62,490 bases of DNA, taken from IMG/VR virus record IMGVR_UViG_3300036760_001531, positions 1-62,490 of that record; one strand, written 5' to 3'. Positions 44,534 to 53,114 of this stretch are shown here, piece after piece. Position numbers and translations under genes: made by a program. Within the stretch, counting starts at the first letter, position 1; each line of letters opens with the position of its first letter. The notes under the pieces were generated by a model. It did no database searches. It was not told the origin of the DNA and worked only from the letters and a program-made list of their open reading frames with translations. This DNA comes from a virus. Lineage: Duplodnaviria > Caudoviricetes.

Positions 44534-44730
44534 AAGGGGGGGGTACTTGGCCGTCTCCGGGTTCTCCGGGTGGGCCGGGAAGAGGGGGAGAGGAGGACAG
44601 GGCAGGGCGGTAGGCCAGGGCCGAGGGGCGGCGCCTAAGGCTGGAGGCTGGGCTGGTAGAGCTGGGCCGCGGGGCTGGGGGCTGCGCTCCCGGGCCAGGG
44701 GCGGGGCAGGGCAGAGGCAAGAGCAGGGCT
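44534..44730 (+). other. G-skewed non-coding tract downstream of terS (pac-region/G-quadruplex candidate)
   Basis: Many G runs; GGG-CCA-GGGG-C-GGGG-CA-GGG at 44692-44711. Confidence 0.4.
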
Positions 44731-44793
44731 TTAGTGCCGATAATCATAGTTATCGGCACATATATCAATTAGCTATCTCACTAATATCCTTGA

Positions 44794-45492
44794 CTATTTA
44801 ATCATTCTGACCCGTGGGCCAGGGGCCGGCAGGGCTTTGGGGGCCTGGCTGGCGCCTCCCTGGCCGGCAGGGGTGGGCTTGACCAGCTTCCCGTCGGGTG
44901 TCCTGATGACGATCTGAATCCCCTGCGCCAAGTCAATGCTTTCCTTGGTCATTTCGAGTATCTTGGCGGCTAACTCAGCGCCTCGGGCCTGGATGGTTTT
45001 CGAGGGGTCCTCCATGAGCTGCTTGATCTTGAGGATGACCTGGACCTCGCTGAGGCCGCAGGACCGCATCAACTTTTTGATGTCTCCCGCCTGCTCAACA
45101 TGCTTCTGGGCTATGCGATTAGCGGTGTAGTGCCGATTCCTTTCTTCCAGGAAGCCATAACCGGCTGAAATCATTGCATCATTAATAGTAACCCCGCCAT
45201 TCAGGTAAATTTCTAAGAAATTCAGTTCCTTGACGGTAAATTCACCTTTCAAATCCACCTTACCGCTTTCCTGAACAATTTCAGGGACTAAAACACCTGG
45301 CGGTGCTTCACCTGGCGGCGGTGGCTGGAACGATTTGGTGAGTCTGATCGGTGGCTTACCAGACTGGCAGTTAGAGCAGGGCGGTGGGTATTTCATGGGG
45401 CGATAGCCGGGGCGAAGGGCCAGGCAATCAGGGCAAACCCTTGGTTTTGAGGGCCTGCCTGTGGGCCTCTTGGTTGTCTGAGTCTGGGCCAT
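44794..45492 (-). CDS. terS: Terminase small subunit
   Basis: GRPSK motif, then T.KE..FL..YL.......A.ISAGY terS HTH signature; first gene of the late strand. Confidence 0.75.
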   Translation of the reverse strand: MAQTQTTKRPTGRPSKPRVCPDCLALRPGYRPMKYPPPCSNCQSGKPPIRLTKSFQPPPPGEAPPGVLVPEIVQESGKVDLKGEFTVKELNFLEIYLNGGVTINDAMISAGYGFLEERNRHYTANRIAQKHVEQAGDIKKLMRSCGLSEVQVILKIKQLMEDPSKTIQARGAELAAKILEMTKESIDLAQGIQIVIRTPDGKLVKPTPAGQGGASQAPKALPAPGPRVRMIK

Positions 45493-45685
45493 GATTACCT
45501 CTTGAAAAGGGGTATCTCCAAAAATCACTTATATATCAGATATATATATATTTAAAAGCTTCACACGCCAAGATAGATATATAGATATACGATAAACATG
45601 GTCCGGGAATCTCTTTAATTATCATCAGGTTAGAGGGGAAGAATGTCAAGGGTAAAATTATTTATGCCGCAATAGCAGAAAAGAC

Positions 45686-45714
45686 TTGACATAATGGCAA
45701 CCACGATATACCTT
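45686..45714 (+). promoter_or_regulatory. Early rightward promoter containing operator-like site 2
   Basis: TTGACA-17 nt-TACCTT; TGACA-TAA-TGGCA at 45687-45699. Confidence 0.75.
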
Positions 45715-45795
45715 GGTATTGACGGTTGAGGCCGTCGGCGGGAAGGGAAGAAGGAAGGTATAAACGGCAGGATTAAAGGGAGGATGGAGGCGGTC

Positions 45796-45939
45796 ATGTG
45801 GAAGATCATCAAACTGGCGTGGCGGCTTTATTGGGAAGAACAACGACGGCTTATCAAGGCAAGGATTCTGGACAGCGAGGATGCAAGGAGTTTTTACCGG
45901 GCCTGGGCGCAGCAGCATAACCCGAGGCGGGAGGGGTGA
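45796..45939 (+). CDS. Small early protein (47 aa)
   Basis: GGAGG SD; hand translation MWKIIKLAWRLYWEE... Confidence 0.55.
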   Translation: MWKIIKLAWRLYWEEQRRLIKARILDSEDARSFYRAWAQQHNPRREG

Positions 45940-45940
45940 G

Positions 45941-46093
45941 ATGTATCACCAATGCACCAAGTGCGGCAAGTGGGTATCGAAGCGCACCGGCTACGGCTGG
46001 CACCCTGATACGGGGTATCTCTGCCTTCGAGATTGGGATTACAGGTTTAGCCCGAAATGGCAGACCCCCACCTGGACCTGCCCCTGGGCATAA
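45941..46093 (+). CDS. Small early Cys protein
   Basis: GGAGG SD; CTKCG motif. Confidence 0.55.
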   Translation: MYHQCTKCGKWVSKRTGYGWHPDTGYLCLRDWDYRFSPKWQTPTWTCPWA

Positions 46094-46105
46094 GGAGCCA
46101 ACGAC

Positions 46106-46291
46106 ATGAGCGACAAGACCGAAGCCTTTGAAATGGGCAAGGCGGCGTATCTACGGGGAAGGCCCTGTATTCCTGCTCTTGATGCGGAATTTATGAAGCA
46201 GCTTACGGGGTCAGTGGGCACAAACATTGAACTCTTTCAAGCCTGGATGAAAGGCTGGATAGCTGAAATTATGAAGGAGCCGACGACATGA
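46106..46291 (+). CDS. Small early protein
   Basis: AAGGAG SD; AF..GK.AY..G...AW.KGW motif. Confidence 0.7.
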   Translation: MSDKTEAFEMGKAAYLRGRPCIPALDAEFMKQLTGSVGTNIELFQAWMKGWIAEIMKEPTT

Positions 46292-46593
46292 ACGACGAGG
46301 TTCAGAAAGCGATGGACCGGGCCAAGGCGATGGAGATGGTGCGGCGGGTGCTGGCCGACACCAGGTTAAAGGTTGCCTGGGTGGACCAGTTGTTAGACCA
46401 CGACAACCCCGCGGTCTCTGCTGCTTACGATAACCTCAACCTGGCCGAGAAACGGCTGGCGGCAGACCTGGAGACCCACCTTCAGGCGCACAGGTTGAGC
46501 GTGGGGCCAGGGAACGACCGGGAGCCGGTGAGCGTGATCTTGTGGGATGAGGCCCTGGGCGGGGCCCGCGTCCCTTTGTGGTGCGTGAGATGA
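46288..46593 (+). CDS. Early hypothetical protein
   Basis: AAGGAG SD, ATGA overlap. Confidence 0.65.
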   Translation: MNDEVQKAMDRAKAMEMVRRVLADTRLKVAWVDQLLDHDNPAVSAAYDNLNLAEKRLAADLETHLQAHRLSVGPGNDREPVSVILWDEALGGARVPLWCVR

Positions 46594-46799
46594 ACCAAGG
46601 AGGTGCAGAGGTGAAGGACGTAAAAGAGAAGGCGGCAGAGGTTTGGCAGGGGATGGACAAGAACGAGAAAACCGGGGTGCGCTTCGGAATGTTCCCCCAG
46701 GCCAAGATGAAGGCGGCGGAGGCCGAGGGCTACGATGGGCACAAGCTGGTTTGTGCCTTGATGGACCAGGCCCAGGCCAACGGCGGCATGAGGGCTTAA
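46590..46799 (+). CDS. Early hypothetical protein
   Basis: ATGA overlap; alternative GTG start at 46611. Confidence 0.7.
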   Translation: MNQGGAEVKDVKEKAAEVWQGMDKNEKTGVRFGMFPQAKMKAAEAEGYDGHKLVCALMDQAQANGGMRA

Positions 46800-46874
46800 T
46801 TCTTTGGGCAGGGCAGGGGCGGCGGCGTCCCTGCTCCACCCTGAGAGCTAAGTAACCAAATCTGCTTTAGGAGG

Positions 46875-47516
46875 ATGAACATGGGCGCAGTAGTGGCGAT
46901 TAAACAACCGGAACTGAAGCCGAAGCCCCCGAGCTTTGGGGCGGCCTTGAAAGCGGCGGCGACCGCGGAACCCAAAAAGGCCAAAAAGGCGACTATGCCC
47001 ACCATCGTTGACGCCCCGCCTGATGTCAAGGTGGCGGTGGACGAGTACCAGGAAGCGAAGGCGGCTTACAAGAAGGCGGAGGCCACCCTGAACCACAACG
47101 GCGAGATCGTCCAGGACTTCGTAAAGCAGGTGCAGGACGCGGCCGGGTTTGTGGGCCGGTATCAGGGCAGTTACGCCGTCATGGGCAACCTCCACCAGGC
47201 CAAGGTGATTTACGCCAACAAGTTTTCCATCAACTCCGAGGACGAGGGGGAGCTGGTGGCGATCCTGGGTGAGAACTTCGACAGCCTCATCGAGAAGAAA
47301 TTCAGCGTCAAGCTGAAGGCGGCGGTGTTCGAGGACGAGGCCCTGCAAGCGGAACTCATGGCCCTGGTAGGTGAGAGGTTTACCGACTTTTTCGAGACCA
47401 CGGTGAACCTGGCGGTCTGCGAGGATTTCTCCCGGCTGGTCTATCAGGCGGTGCAGCCCGAGCAGATTGACACCCTGAGAACCTTTGCCCGGCAGTATAA
47501 GCCGAGCATCAGGTAG
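46875..47516 (+). CDS. Early hypothetical protein (213 aa)
   Basis: AGGAGG SD; strongly biased codon usage. Confidence 0.85.
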   Translation: MNMGAVVAIKQPELKPKPPSFGAALKAAATAEPKKAKKATMPTIVDAPPDVKVAVDEYQEAKAAYKKAEATLNHNGEIVQDFVKQVQDAAGFVGRYQGSYAVMGNLHQAKVIYANKFSINSEDEGELVAILGENFDSLIEKKFSVKLKAAVFEDEALQAELMALVGERFTDFFETTVNLAVCEDFSRLVYQAVQPEQIDTLRTFARQYKPSIR

Positions 47517-47528
47517 GAGGACCGGACG

Positions 47529-47732
47529 ATGGCACTCACCGTGGAACAACAGGCCCAATACCTCCAAGACGACAATTCCTGTCCCTGGTGCTTGTCTGGG
47601 GACCTTGAAGGGGTGGGGCGGATAGAGTTTGATGGGGGCGCAGCTTCTCAACGTATCACCTGCGGCGATTGCGGCAAAGCCTGGTGGGACATTTACAAGC
47701 TGACCGGGATACAGGAGATCGAGAACGACTAA
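47529..47732 (+). CDS. Zinc-ribbon protein
   Basis: CPWC...CGDCG..W.DIY.L. Confidence 0.75.
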   Translation: MALTVEQQAQYLQDDNSCPWCLSGDLEGVGRIEFDGGAASQRITCGDCGKAWWDIYKLTGIQEIEND

Positions 47733-47779
47733 AGCATGGACAAGGGGGCGGGGGCGACCCCGCCTCCCAGGAGGAAACC

Positions 47780-48382
47780 ATGACCCTTGACACCTTCAAA
47801 TACTTCTACCCGGAGCGGCCGCGGCTGCTGCATATCGAGCAGCCCTTGTTCGACACCTTGAGCGACCACCCCGACTGGATAGCAGAACCCAAGTTTAACG
47901 GCAGCCGCCTTCAGCTTCATTACCTTGATGGCGCCTTCCAGTTTTGGAACCGGCACGAGCAGCCGATGGCTTACACCCCGAGTCCGGAAGTGCAGGAGGC
48001 CCTGTCCGGCCTGAACCTCAAAGGTTACTGGCTGTTCGACGGGGAGCTGCGGCACAACAAGACCAAGGGGGTGCGGCACAAGATCGTGCTTTATGACCTT
48101 TTCATCGCTGACGGAACCCTGCTCCTGGGGGCCACCTTTCAGGACCGACGGGGGATTCTGGAAACCCTGCTGCATTACAATGGCGACTACAACCTCTTGA
48201 GCCTGTCCCTTCAGTACCCGGAGGGCTTCCGCCAGGTGTTCGGGGAGCTTATCAAGGACGAGGAACTTGAGGGGCTGGTAATCAAGAACCTCCGGGGCCA
48301 GCTTCAGCTTGGCAGGGGCCGGGCCGTGGAAAGCCGATGGATGTGGAAGGCGCGGAAGCCTTCCGGCAGGTATCACTTCTAA
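47780..48382 (+). CDS. Stand-alone ATP-dependent ligase adenylation domain
   Basis: EPKFNG.R (I), FDGEL (III), YDL (IIIa), EGLVIK (IV), WKARK (V); no OB domain. Confidence 0.85.
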   Translation: MTLDTFKYFYPERPRLLHIEQPLFDTLSDHPDWIAEPKFNGSRLQLHYLDGAFQFWNRHEQPMAYTPSPEVQEALSGLNLKGYWLFDGELRHNKTKGVRHKIVLYDLFIADGTLLLGATFQDRRGILETLLHYNGDYNLLSLSLQYPEGFRQVFGELIKDEELEGLVIKNLRGQLQLGRGRAVESRWMWKARKPSGRYHF

Positions 48383-48401
48383 TCCAATGAAAGGGGGAGG
48401 C

Positions 48402-48470
48402 ATGAAAGTTTTTTGGGCTGCGTTAATCTGGATAATCATTCTGGCCCTGGCGATCCTGGGCCGGGGATAA
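48402..48470 (+). CDS. 22-aa hydrophobic peptide
   Basis: GGGGGAGG SD; MKVFWAALIWIIILALAILGRG. Confidence 0.5.
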   Translation: MKVFWAALIWIIILALAILGRG

Positions 48471-48488
48471 GGGAGGGAGGGTAATATC

Positions 48489-49001
48489 ATGGGAGCACCA
48501 ACATCTTCGGCAACAATCGAATTTCCGATTTGTCTGATGGACACCGACATTCGGAAAGAACTGGAGGAAGAGGGGGTGCGGTTTAAAGAAGCCGACCCAC
48601 GGGAGTTGGAGCACGCCCTTGAACTTGACGATCCCCTCGGTGATATGGACGTGGAGCTTGCGGACGGCATCCTTTCAGTCCAAAACAGCGAGGCCCCGTA
48701 TGGGCAGTTTGACAACCTGGAGGAGCTTTTTATGAGCAAAGGCGTGCCCTTTAATCGGGAATCTTCTATGGATTGGGACCGCCCCCCGGAGCGCCGGGTT
48801 TACCGACCCGCCCGCGAAGGGATAAACGCAGAGATCGACGATTATGTTGATCTCAACGCTCAAATGGAGGAAGTGGTGGAATTGTCAGAAATTCAAAACC
48901 TTCTGCCCCAGGGAATCGAGGCCATCAGGGAATATCTGGCCAAACATTTCTCCGACTATCCGCCCTTAGAGGCATGGGTAAAAGACGAGGGTGCAACATG
49001 A
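48489..49001 (+). CDS. Acidic early protein
   Basis: GGAGG SD; roughly a quarter of residues are Asp/Glu. Confidence 0.8.
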   Translation: MGAPTSSATIEFPICLMDTDIRKELEEEGVRFKEADPRELEHALELDDPLGDMDVELADGILSVQNSEAPYGQFDNLEELFMSKGVPFNRESSMDWDRPPERRVYRPAREGINAEIDDYVDLNAQMEEVVELSEIQNLLPQGIEAIREYLAKHFSDYPPLEAWVKDEGAT

Positions 49002-49117
49002 TTCACCGTCTTTTCACCAACATCTATTTCATCCTGGCCGGGGCCGTAATCTTGGCGGTCCTGGCCGTCTGGTTTGCCCCACAAGGGACCGGGGCGGACC
49101 CGGGGAGGTGGATATGA
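48998..49117 (+). CDS. 39-aa single-TM peptide
   Basis: ATGA overlaps at both ends; IYFILAGAVILAVLAVWF. Confidence 0.55.
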   Translation: MIHRLFTNIYFILAGAVILAVLAVWFAPQGTGADPGRWI

Positions 49118-49473
49118 AACCCTTAAAATTCACCTGGATTTGTCGAGGGAAAGAAACCGTTAAGCTCGAAGTACGCCAAACGCAATATAAGTTTCCTGAG
49201 CCCTACCAAGATTTAATTTTGGAGGTTTGGGAAGGAAGGGAACAGTATGGCAAAAGCATCAAAATAGACCCGATAGAAGCCCTGGCTCTTTCGGAATGTT
49301 TACGTAGGTGGGCTCTTGAGCAGATAGCACCACCCGAACAGGTAACAGACTGCCAAGAACTTAAACAGGCCCACAAGGAGCTTCTGGACCGCTGCATCGC
49401 CTTCGGCACCTGGGGACCGTTCGCGGATGGCTGGGAAGGTTCTTACGACCAGCAGCATTGGGGGGAAGAATGA
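49114..49473 (+). CDS. Early hypothetical protein
   Basis: GGAGGT SD before MKPLKF. Confidence 0.65.
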   Translation: MKPLKFTWICRGKETVKLEVRQTQYKFPEPYQDLILEVWEGREQYGKSIKIDPIEALALSECLRRWALEQIAPPEQVTDCQELKQAHKELLDRCIAFGTWGPFADGWEGSYDQQHWGEE

Positions 49474-49667
49474 AGGGAATCATTGCGAACTTGAAAGAGG
49501 CCCGGATTGATATTTTATCATCCAGGAATAGCCTGAATAGGGCCGGGGGGCGGGAAATATCGGTGTTCGAGCTTGACCAGGCCGATGACTACCTTGTACG
49601 GGTATTAAATCGGCTGGAAAATCTTGAACCTGATCCCCCGGCCCGGGTCACGGCGGGAGGCAACTAA
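49470..49667 (+). CDS. Early hypothetical protein
   Basis: ATGA/TAATG coupling. Confidence 0.6.
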   Translation: MKGIIANLKEARIDILSSRNSLNRAGGREISVFELDQADDYLVRVLNRLENLEPDPPARVTAGGN

Positions 49668-50311
49668 TGGCCAGACGCAAAATTCCTGACGTTCTTTTGA
49701 AGGGGGAGCAGAAGCTACTCTTGAACCAGCTTCTTGCTCTCCCGCCAGGGGAGATCGCCGACGAGGGGGACGGCCTCCGTCCCCGTGGCCGGCCCCTTAA
49801 TTCACTCACCCGGCTCCGCAACCTCTGCCTGGTGCGCCTTATGCTTAACTCGGGGCTCAGGTGCAGCGAAGCCTTACACCTGCGGCGCCGGGACCTGGAG
49901 CCCACCACCGGCAAGCTCAAGGTGTATGGGAAGGGCGGCAAGGAGCGAATTCTTTGGCTCTGCGAGGCCGATGTCAACCTCCTCCTGGGATACCTCAACA
50001 ATCAACCCGGGAAACCCGAGGACTTTATTTTTACTAACCTCAAGGGCGGCCCCTTGAAGTCTCGGTATGTTCGCTGGATGGTGGGCGAGGTGGCCCGGGC
50101 CGCCGGGATCACCTACAAGGAGGTCCACCCCCACACCTTGCGGCACACCTTCGCCACGGACCTGCTGCGGGCTACCAAGAACCTCAGGCTGGTCCAGAAG
50201 GCCCTGGGCCATGAAAGGATCGGGACCACGCAGATTTATCTGCACATCGTTGATGATGAATTGGAAGACGCCATGAAGAACTTCAGGAATGGCTCTTCTG
50301 CAAAACCCTAA
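49667..50311 (+). CDS. Tyrosine recombinase, catalytic domain only
   Basis: SGLR.SE, GKGGKER, HTLRHTFAT, LGH..IGTTQIY: full R-K-H-R-H-Y set; 214 aa. Confidence 0.93.
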   Translation: MARRKIPDVLLKGEQKLLLNQLLALPPGEIADEGDGLRPRGRPLNSLTRLRNLCLVRLMLNSGLRCSEALHLRRRDLEPTTGKLKVYGKGGKERILWLCEADVNLLLGYLNNQPGKPEDFIFTNLKGGPLKSRYVRWMVGEVARAAGITYKEVHPHTLRHTFATDLLRATKNLRLVQKALGHERIGTTQIYLHIVDDELEDAMKNFRNGSSAKP

Positions 50312-50490
50312 CCGCCTGGCGGCTACGGCTTAATGTGGCGCAAATCTTTTGCCGTAGCCGCCGGCAGGCCCTTACTCCACCGCTTCCTTGAACGACTTCG
50401 CCGGCCTGATCACTTCTGCTTTGGTCATGGTGGTCTCCTTTTAGATGGGTCTTACTTTCTTGAGTTTTTTCTGTTCGTTTTTAGAAAATC

Positions 50491-50727
50491 GGTGGCGCTA
50501 ATTGACGCCGCGGTGGCGCTAAATTAAATCCTATGCGCCACCACGTAAGTGAATAATATAATTTATAAAAAAGCCCAAAAGTGGCGCGTGGCGCTAAATT
50601 ACCAAGTTTTCACTATGTGAAAAGTTTTCAATTTAGCGCCTTTAGCGCCACTACGTGTCAACCACGGGGTTTTTTTAGCGCCACCCCTATGCGCCACCTT
50701 ACCGTTTTTACCGCCTTTACCGCCACC
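50491..50727. repeat. Probable replication origin with GTGGCGC repeats in both orientations
   Basis: About ten GTGGCGC/GCGCCAC-like copies around an AT-rich core (50547-50580), just downstream of the primase gene. Confidence 0.75.
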
Positions 50728-50771
50728 GGCGTCTTGTAAAGAATTTTGCATCTTACGGAAGTCCAAATTTG

Positions 50772-52313
50772 CTATTTTGCATCTTCCTTCTCCCTGCCAT
50801 CAAGAGCTTTCCGGAATATCATTTCTTTTATCTCTTGCGACATACCATCCAGGTTCATGCACCAGGCGCGGACGTTTTGCCGGTTCCATTTAAACTTTTC
50901 TCGCTCATGGCCCAGGCTGGGGAAAAGAACCGTCATTTTCCTGAGGGCCTTAAATCCGAGCGACAACCTGGCTTCCATAAAAAGTGCCGAGCCCCTGGCA
51001 TATAATTTCGGCTTCTCGTCTTTGCGTTGTACGATAAAAAAGGCGACGTGATGAGGGATGGACTGATTTGACGAGAAATACATCAAACCCCGGTAGCTTT
51101 CCACATAGGTGTTCAGAAATTCCCGCAGTTCCCCGAGTTGGGTTGATTCCTGCCCCACGTCCTGCTGGATGGACAGCCGGAACATTTGCCTGACGACTTC
51201 ATGCCAAGCGCCGCCCCCCTTTGGTTCAGCGATTTTTTTGGGCACCAGGAGGCCGGCCTGGGCGAATCTTTTTATGAAGAGACGTTGTTCGATGAGATCC
51301 GCCGCCGTGATCATCACGCTGTCGTCTTCGCCCAGGGCAAATTCCAGGACGGAGTCATCGCTCTTGGTGACCCGGATGTCGGTGATGGGCAGGCCCAGAC
51401 GTTCACCTAAGCCCTGTAGGGCGGCCTGGCGCTGTTCTTCCCAGGATAGGTTATTGGGTTCGGATGCCGCCTTCCCTTCTTGCGCCCCGGTTTTGATCCG
51501 TTTTCGAGCCTCCATGCGGGCGGCACTGGAAACTACCTTGCAGAGGTCCTTGTCAGGTAAGGCTTCTTCGTTCCGCAGGTTCCAGGAGCGAAGCATTTCC
51601 AGGACCCGGGGCTCTGGTTCACCCCTGCCCAGGTAGTACCCGGCCAGCCTGATGGCCGTGTTATCACGTTCCCCTTTATCGACTCCCCTGAGGGCCTTAG
51701 TCACCCAATCTTCGTCGGGGGGGAGCAGGTCGCCCTCGGTAATTTCAACCTGGGAGATTTCCAGCTCCAGATGTTCCAGCAACCAGGCGGGAAGAGGCTC
51801 AAGATCGCAATCTTTTAAATCTAGCCCGAAGCACCACTCGTATTGTTCACCGTTGGGATGGATAGAGGGCGGGGCCACGACATAGCCCCCATCACCCTTG
51901 ATGTCGGCACCGGGGATCTTTTTGATCATGTTCTTGATCTTGCCGCCCGGGTGCTTGAAGTAATAATGGAATTTTTGGTGGATATTCCCCTGATCGTCTT
52001 TAAAGGTGGAGGTCTTTACTGTAGGAGTGAGCGGCAGTTTATATCCGTGTTCGGCAAGCCAGGCCTGGAAAACCGGCGGGTCGTCCTCATCCAGAACTAT
52101 TATTCCTGAGACTTTGCCGGTAACGATGGCGATATTTTTCTTCCCATTCTTGAACCAGGACTCTACCTCCTGCGGCGTCGGCCGGCGCTGTTGCCAGATA
52201 GTCCAGTCATCTATGGGCTTCTTCTTCTTAGGTTGAAGGGGGAATAAAGATAGCCCCTTGGCTTGATAAAGGGCAACGAGTTTCTGAAGGGAGGAGGATT
52301 CAGTTTCAGCCAT
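50772..52313 (-). CDS. Bifunctional primase/polymerase (Prim-Pol) with PriCT-1 domain
   Basis: NIAIVTG..SGIIVLDED, HYYF, DIKGDGGYVVAPPSIH; G.RD....LAG...WN PriCT pattern. Confidence 0.92.
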   Translation of the reverse strand: MAETESSSLQKLVALYQAKGLSLFPLQPKKKKPIDDWTIWQQRRPTPQEVESWFKNGKKNIAIVTGKVSGIIVLDEDDPPVFQAWLAEHGYKLPLTPTVKTSTFKDDQGNIHQKFHYYFKHPGGKIKNMIKKIPGADIKGDGGYVVAPPSIHPNGEQYEWCFGLDLKDCDLEPLPAWLLEHLELEISQVEITEGDLLPPDEDWVTKALRGVDKGERDNTAIRLAGYYLGRGEPEPRVLEMLRSWNLRNEEALPDKDLCKVVSSAARMEARKRIKTGAQEGKAASEPNNLSWEEQRQAALQGLGERLGLPITDIRVTKSDDSVLEFALGEDDSVMITAADLIEQRLFIKRFAQAGLLVPKKIAEPKGGGAWHEVVRQMFRLSIQQDVGQESTQLGELREFLNTYVESYRGLMYFSSNQSIPHHVAFFIVQRKDEKPKLYARGSALFMEARLSLGFKALRKMTVLFPSLGHEREKFKWNRQNVRAWCMNLDGMSQEIKEMIFRKALDGREKEDAK

Positions 52314-52345
52314 TTTTCCCTTTGTGTGACCAAGGATCACGAAAA

Positions 52346-52369
52346 CAGGGCTCCCCGGGGGGAGCCCTG
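52346..52369. promoter_or_regulatory. Perfect intergenic hairpin
   Basis: CAGGGCTCCC-CGGG-GGGAGCCCTG. Confidence 0.5.
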
Positions 52370-52375
52370 ACCGAT

Positions 52376-53086
52376 TTACTTCTCTGTAAAATCGTCTATG
52401 GTCACGGGTACGGGACGGCGCAGGAGGGGCCCCATGGCCCGGGCATAATCCTCCATGGCCTTGGCTTGTGCAGGATCGAGCTTCCCGGCTAGAGAGAAAA
52501 CGGCGGTGCTGTAGGCGATACCGTCGCCGCTCTTGGTTTTCTCCAGGATGATCCGGGTTACCGCGGCCTGATATTTGAGGCTGTTGCCAGCCAGGCGCAG
52601 GAGATAACGAGTGGCGGCTTTGAGAGAGGTGGGCGGCAGATTGACCACCAGGGGGAGCATGGAAGAGGGCCGCAGGACGAACAGACGCTTGATTTGCTTA
52701 CACGCCTGGCCCTTGCCCCGGGAGTCACTGCCGAACTCGGCAAATTTGCAGACCTTACAGATCCCGCCCGGATCGCCGACGCCGGTCACATTGTCCTCGC
52801 TTACACAATCCGGGGGATCGCCTCCGCCGGCGAAATCTCCGACCCAATAGGCCCGACAGTTCTGCACGCCGACAATGACGCCGACGATCTCCGGGATGTT
52901 CTCCTCGCCCTCCAGGGTGGGGACACACCAGGTAACGCCACCACCGGCCGGGATCGAGACACGATCCAGGTCCATGGGGGACAGGGTCTCACCTTCCAGA
53001 TTGCTCTTGAGGGCCTCGATGGCGCCCTGAGCATTCGCCAGTACCATGAAGGTTGCTGTTTCTTTGACTGCCAGTTCTTTCGCCAT
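52376..53086 (-). CDS. Putative ssDNA-binding/recombination protein
   Basis: RAYW...PPDC.S.D...C..C....FGS...G.ACK...LPPTS pattern seen in phage replication modules. Confidence 0.6.
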   Translation of the reverse strand: MAKELAVKETATFMVLANAQGAIEALKSNLEGETLSPMDLDRVSIPAGGGVTWCVPTLEGEENIPEIVGVIVGVQNCRAYWVGDFAGGGDPPDCVSEDNVTGVGDPGGICKVCKFAEFGSDSRGKGQACKQIKRLFVLRPSSMLPLVVNLPPTSLKAATRYLLRLAGNSLKYQAAVTRIILEKTKSGDGIAYSTAVFSLAGKLDPAQAKAMEDYARAMGPLLRRPVPVTIDDFTEK

Positions 53087-53114
53087 TGATCTTTGCTCCT
53101 TTATCTTTTATCTT

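Noticed and set aside
45529-45600. AT dinucleotide run upstream of terS
   Set aside because: Short low-complexity AT tract in a divergent promoter region; no further structure supportable
50491-50727. Possible CRISPR array
   Set aside because: Repeats are 7-11 nt, irregularly spaced and in both orientations; no cas genes
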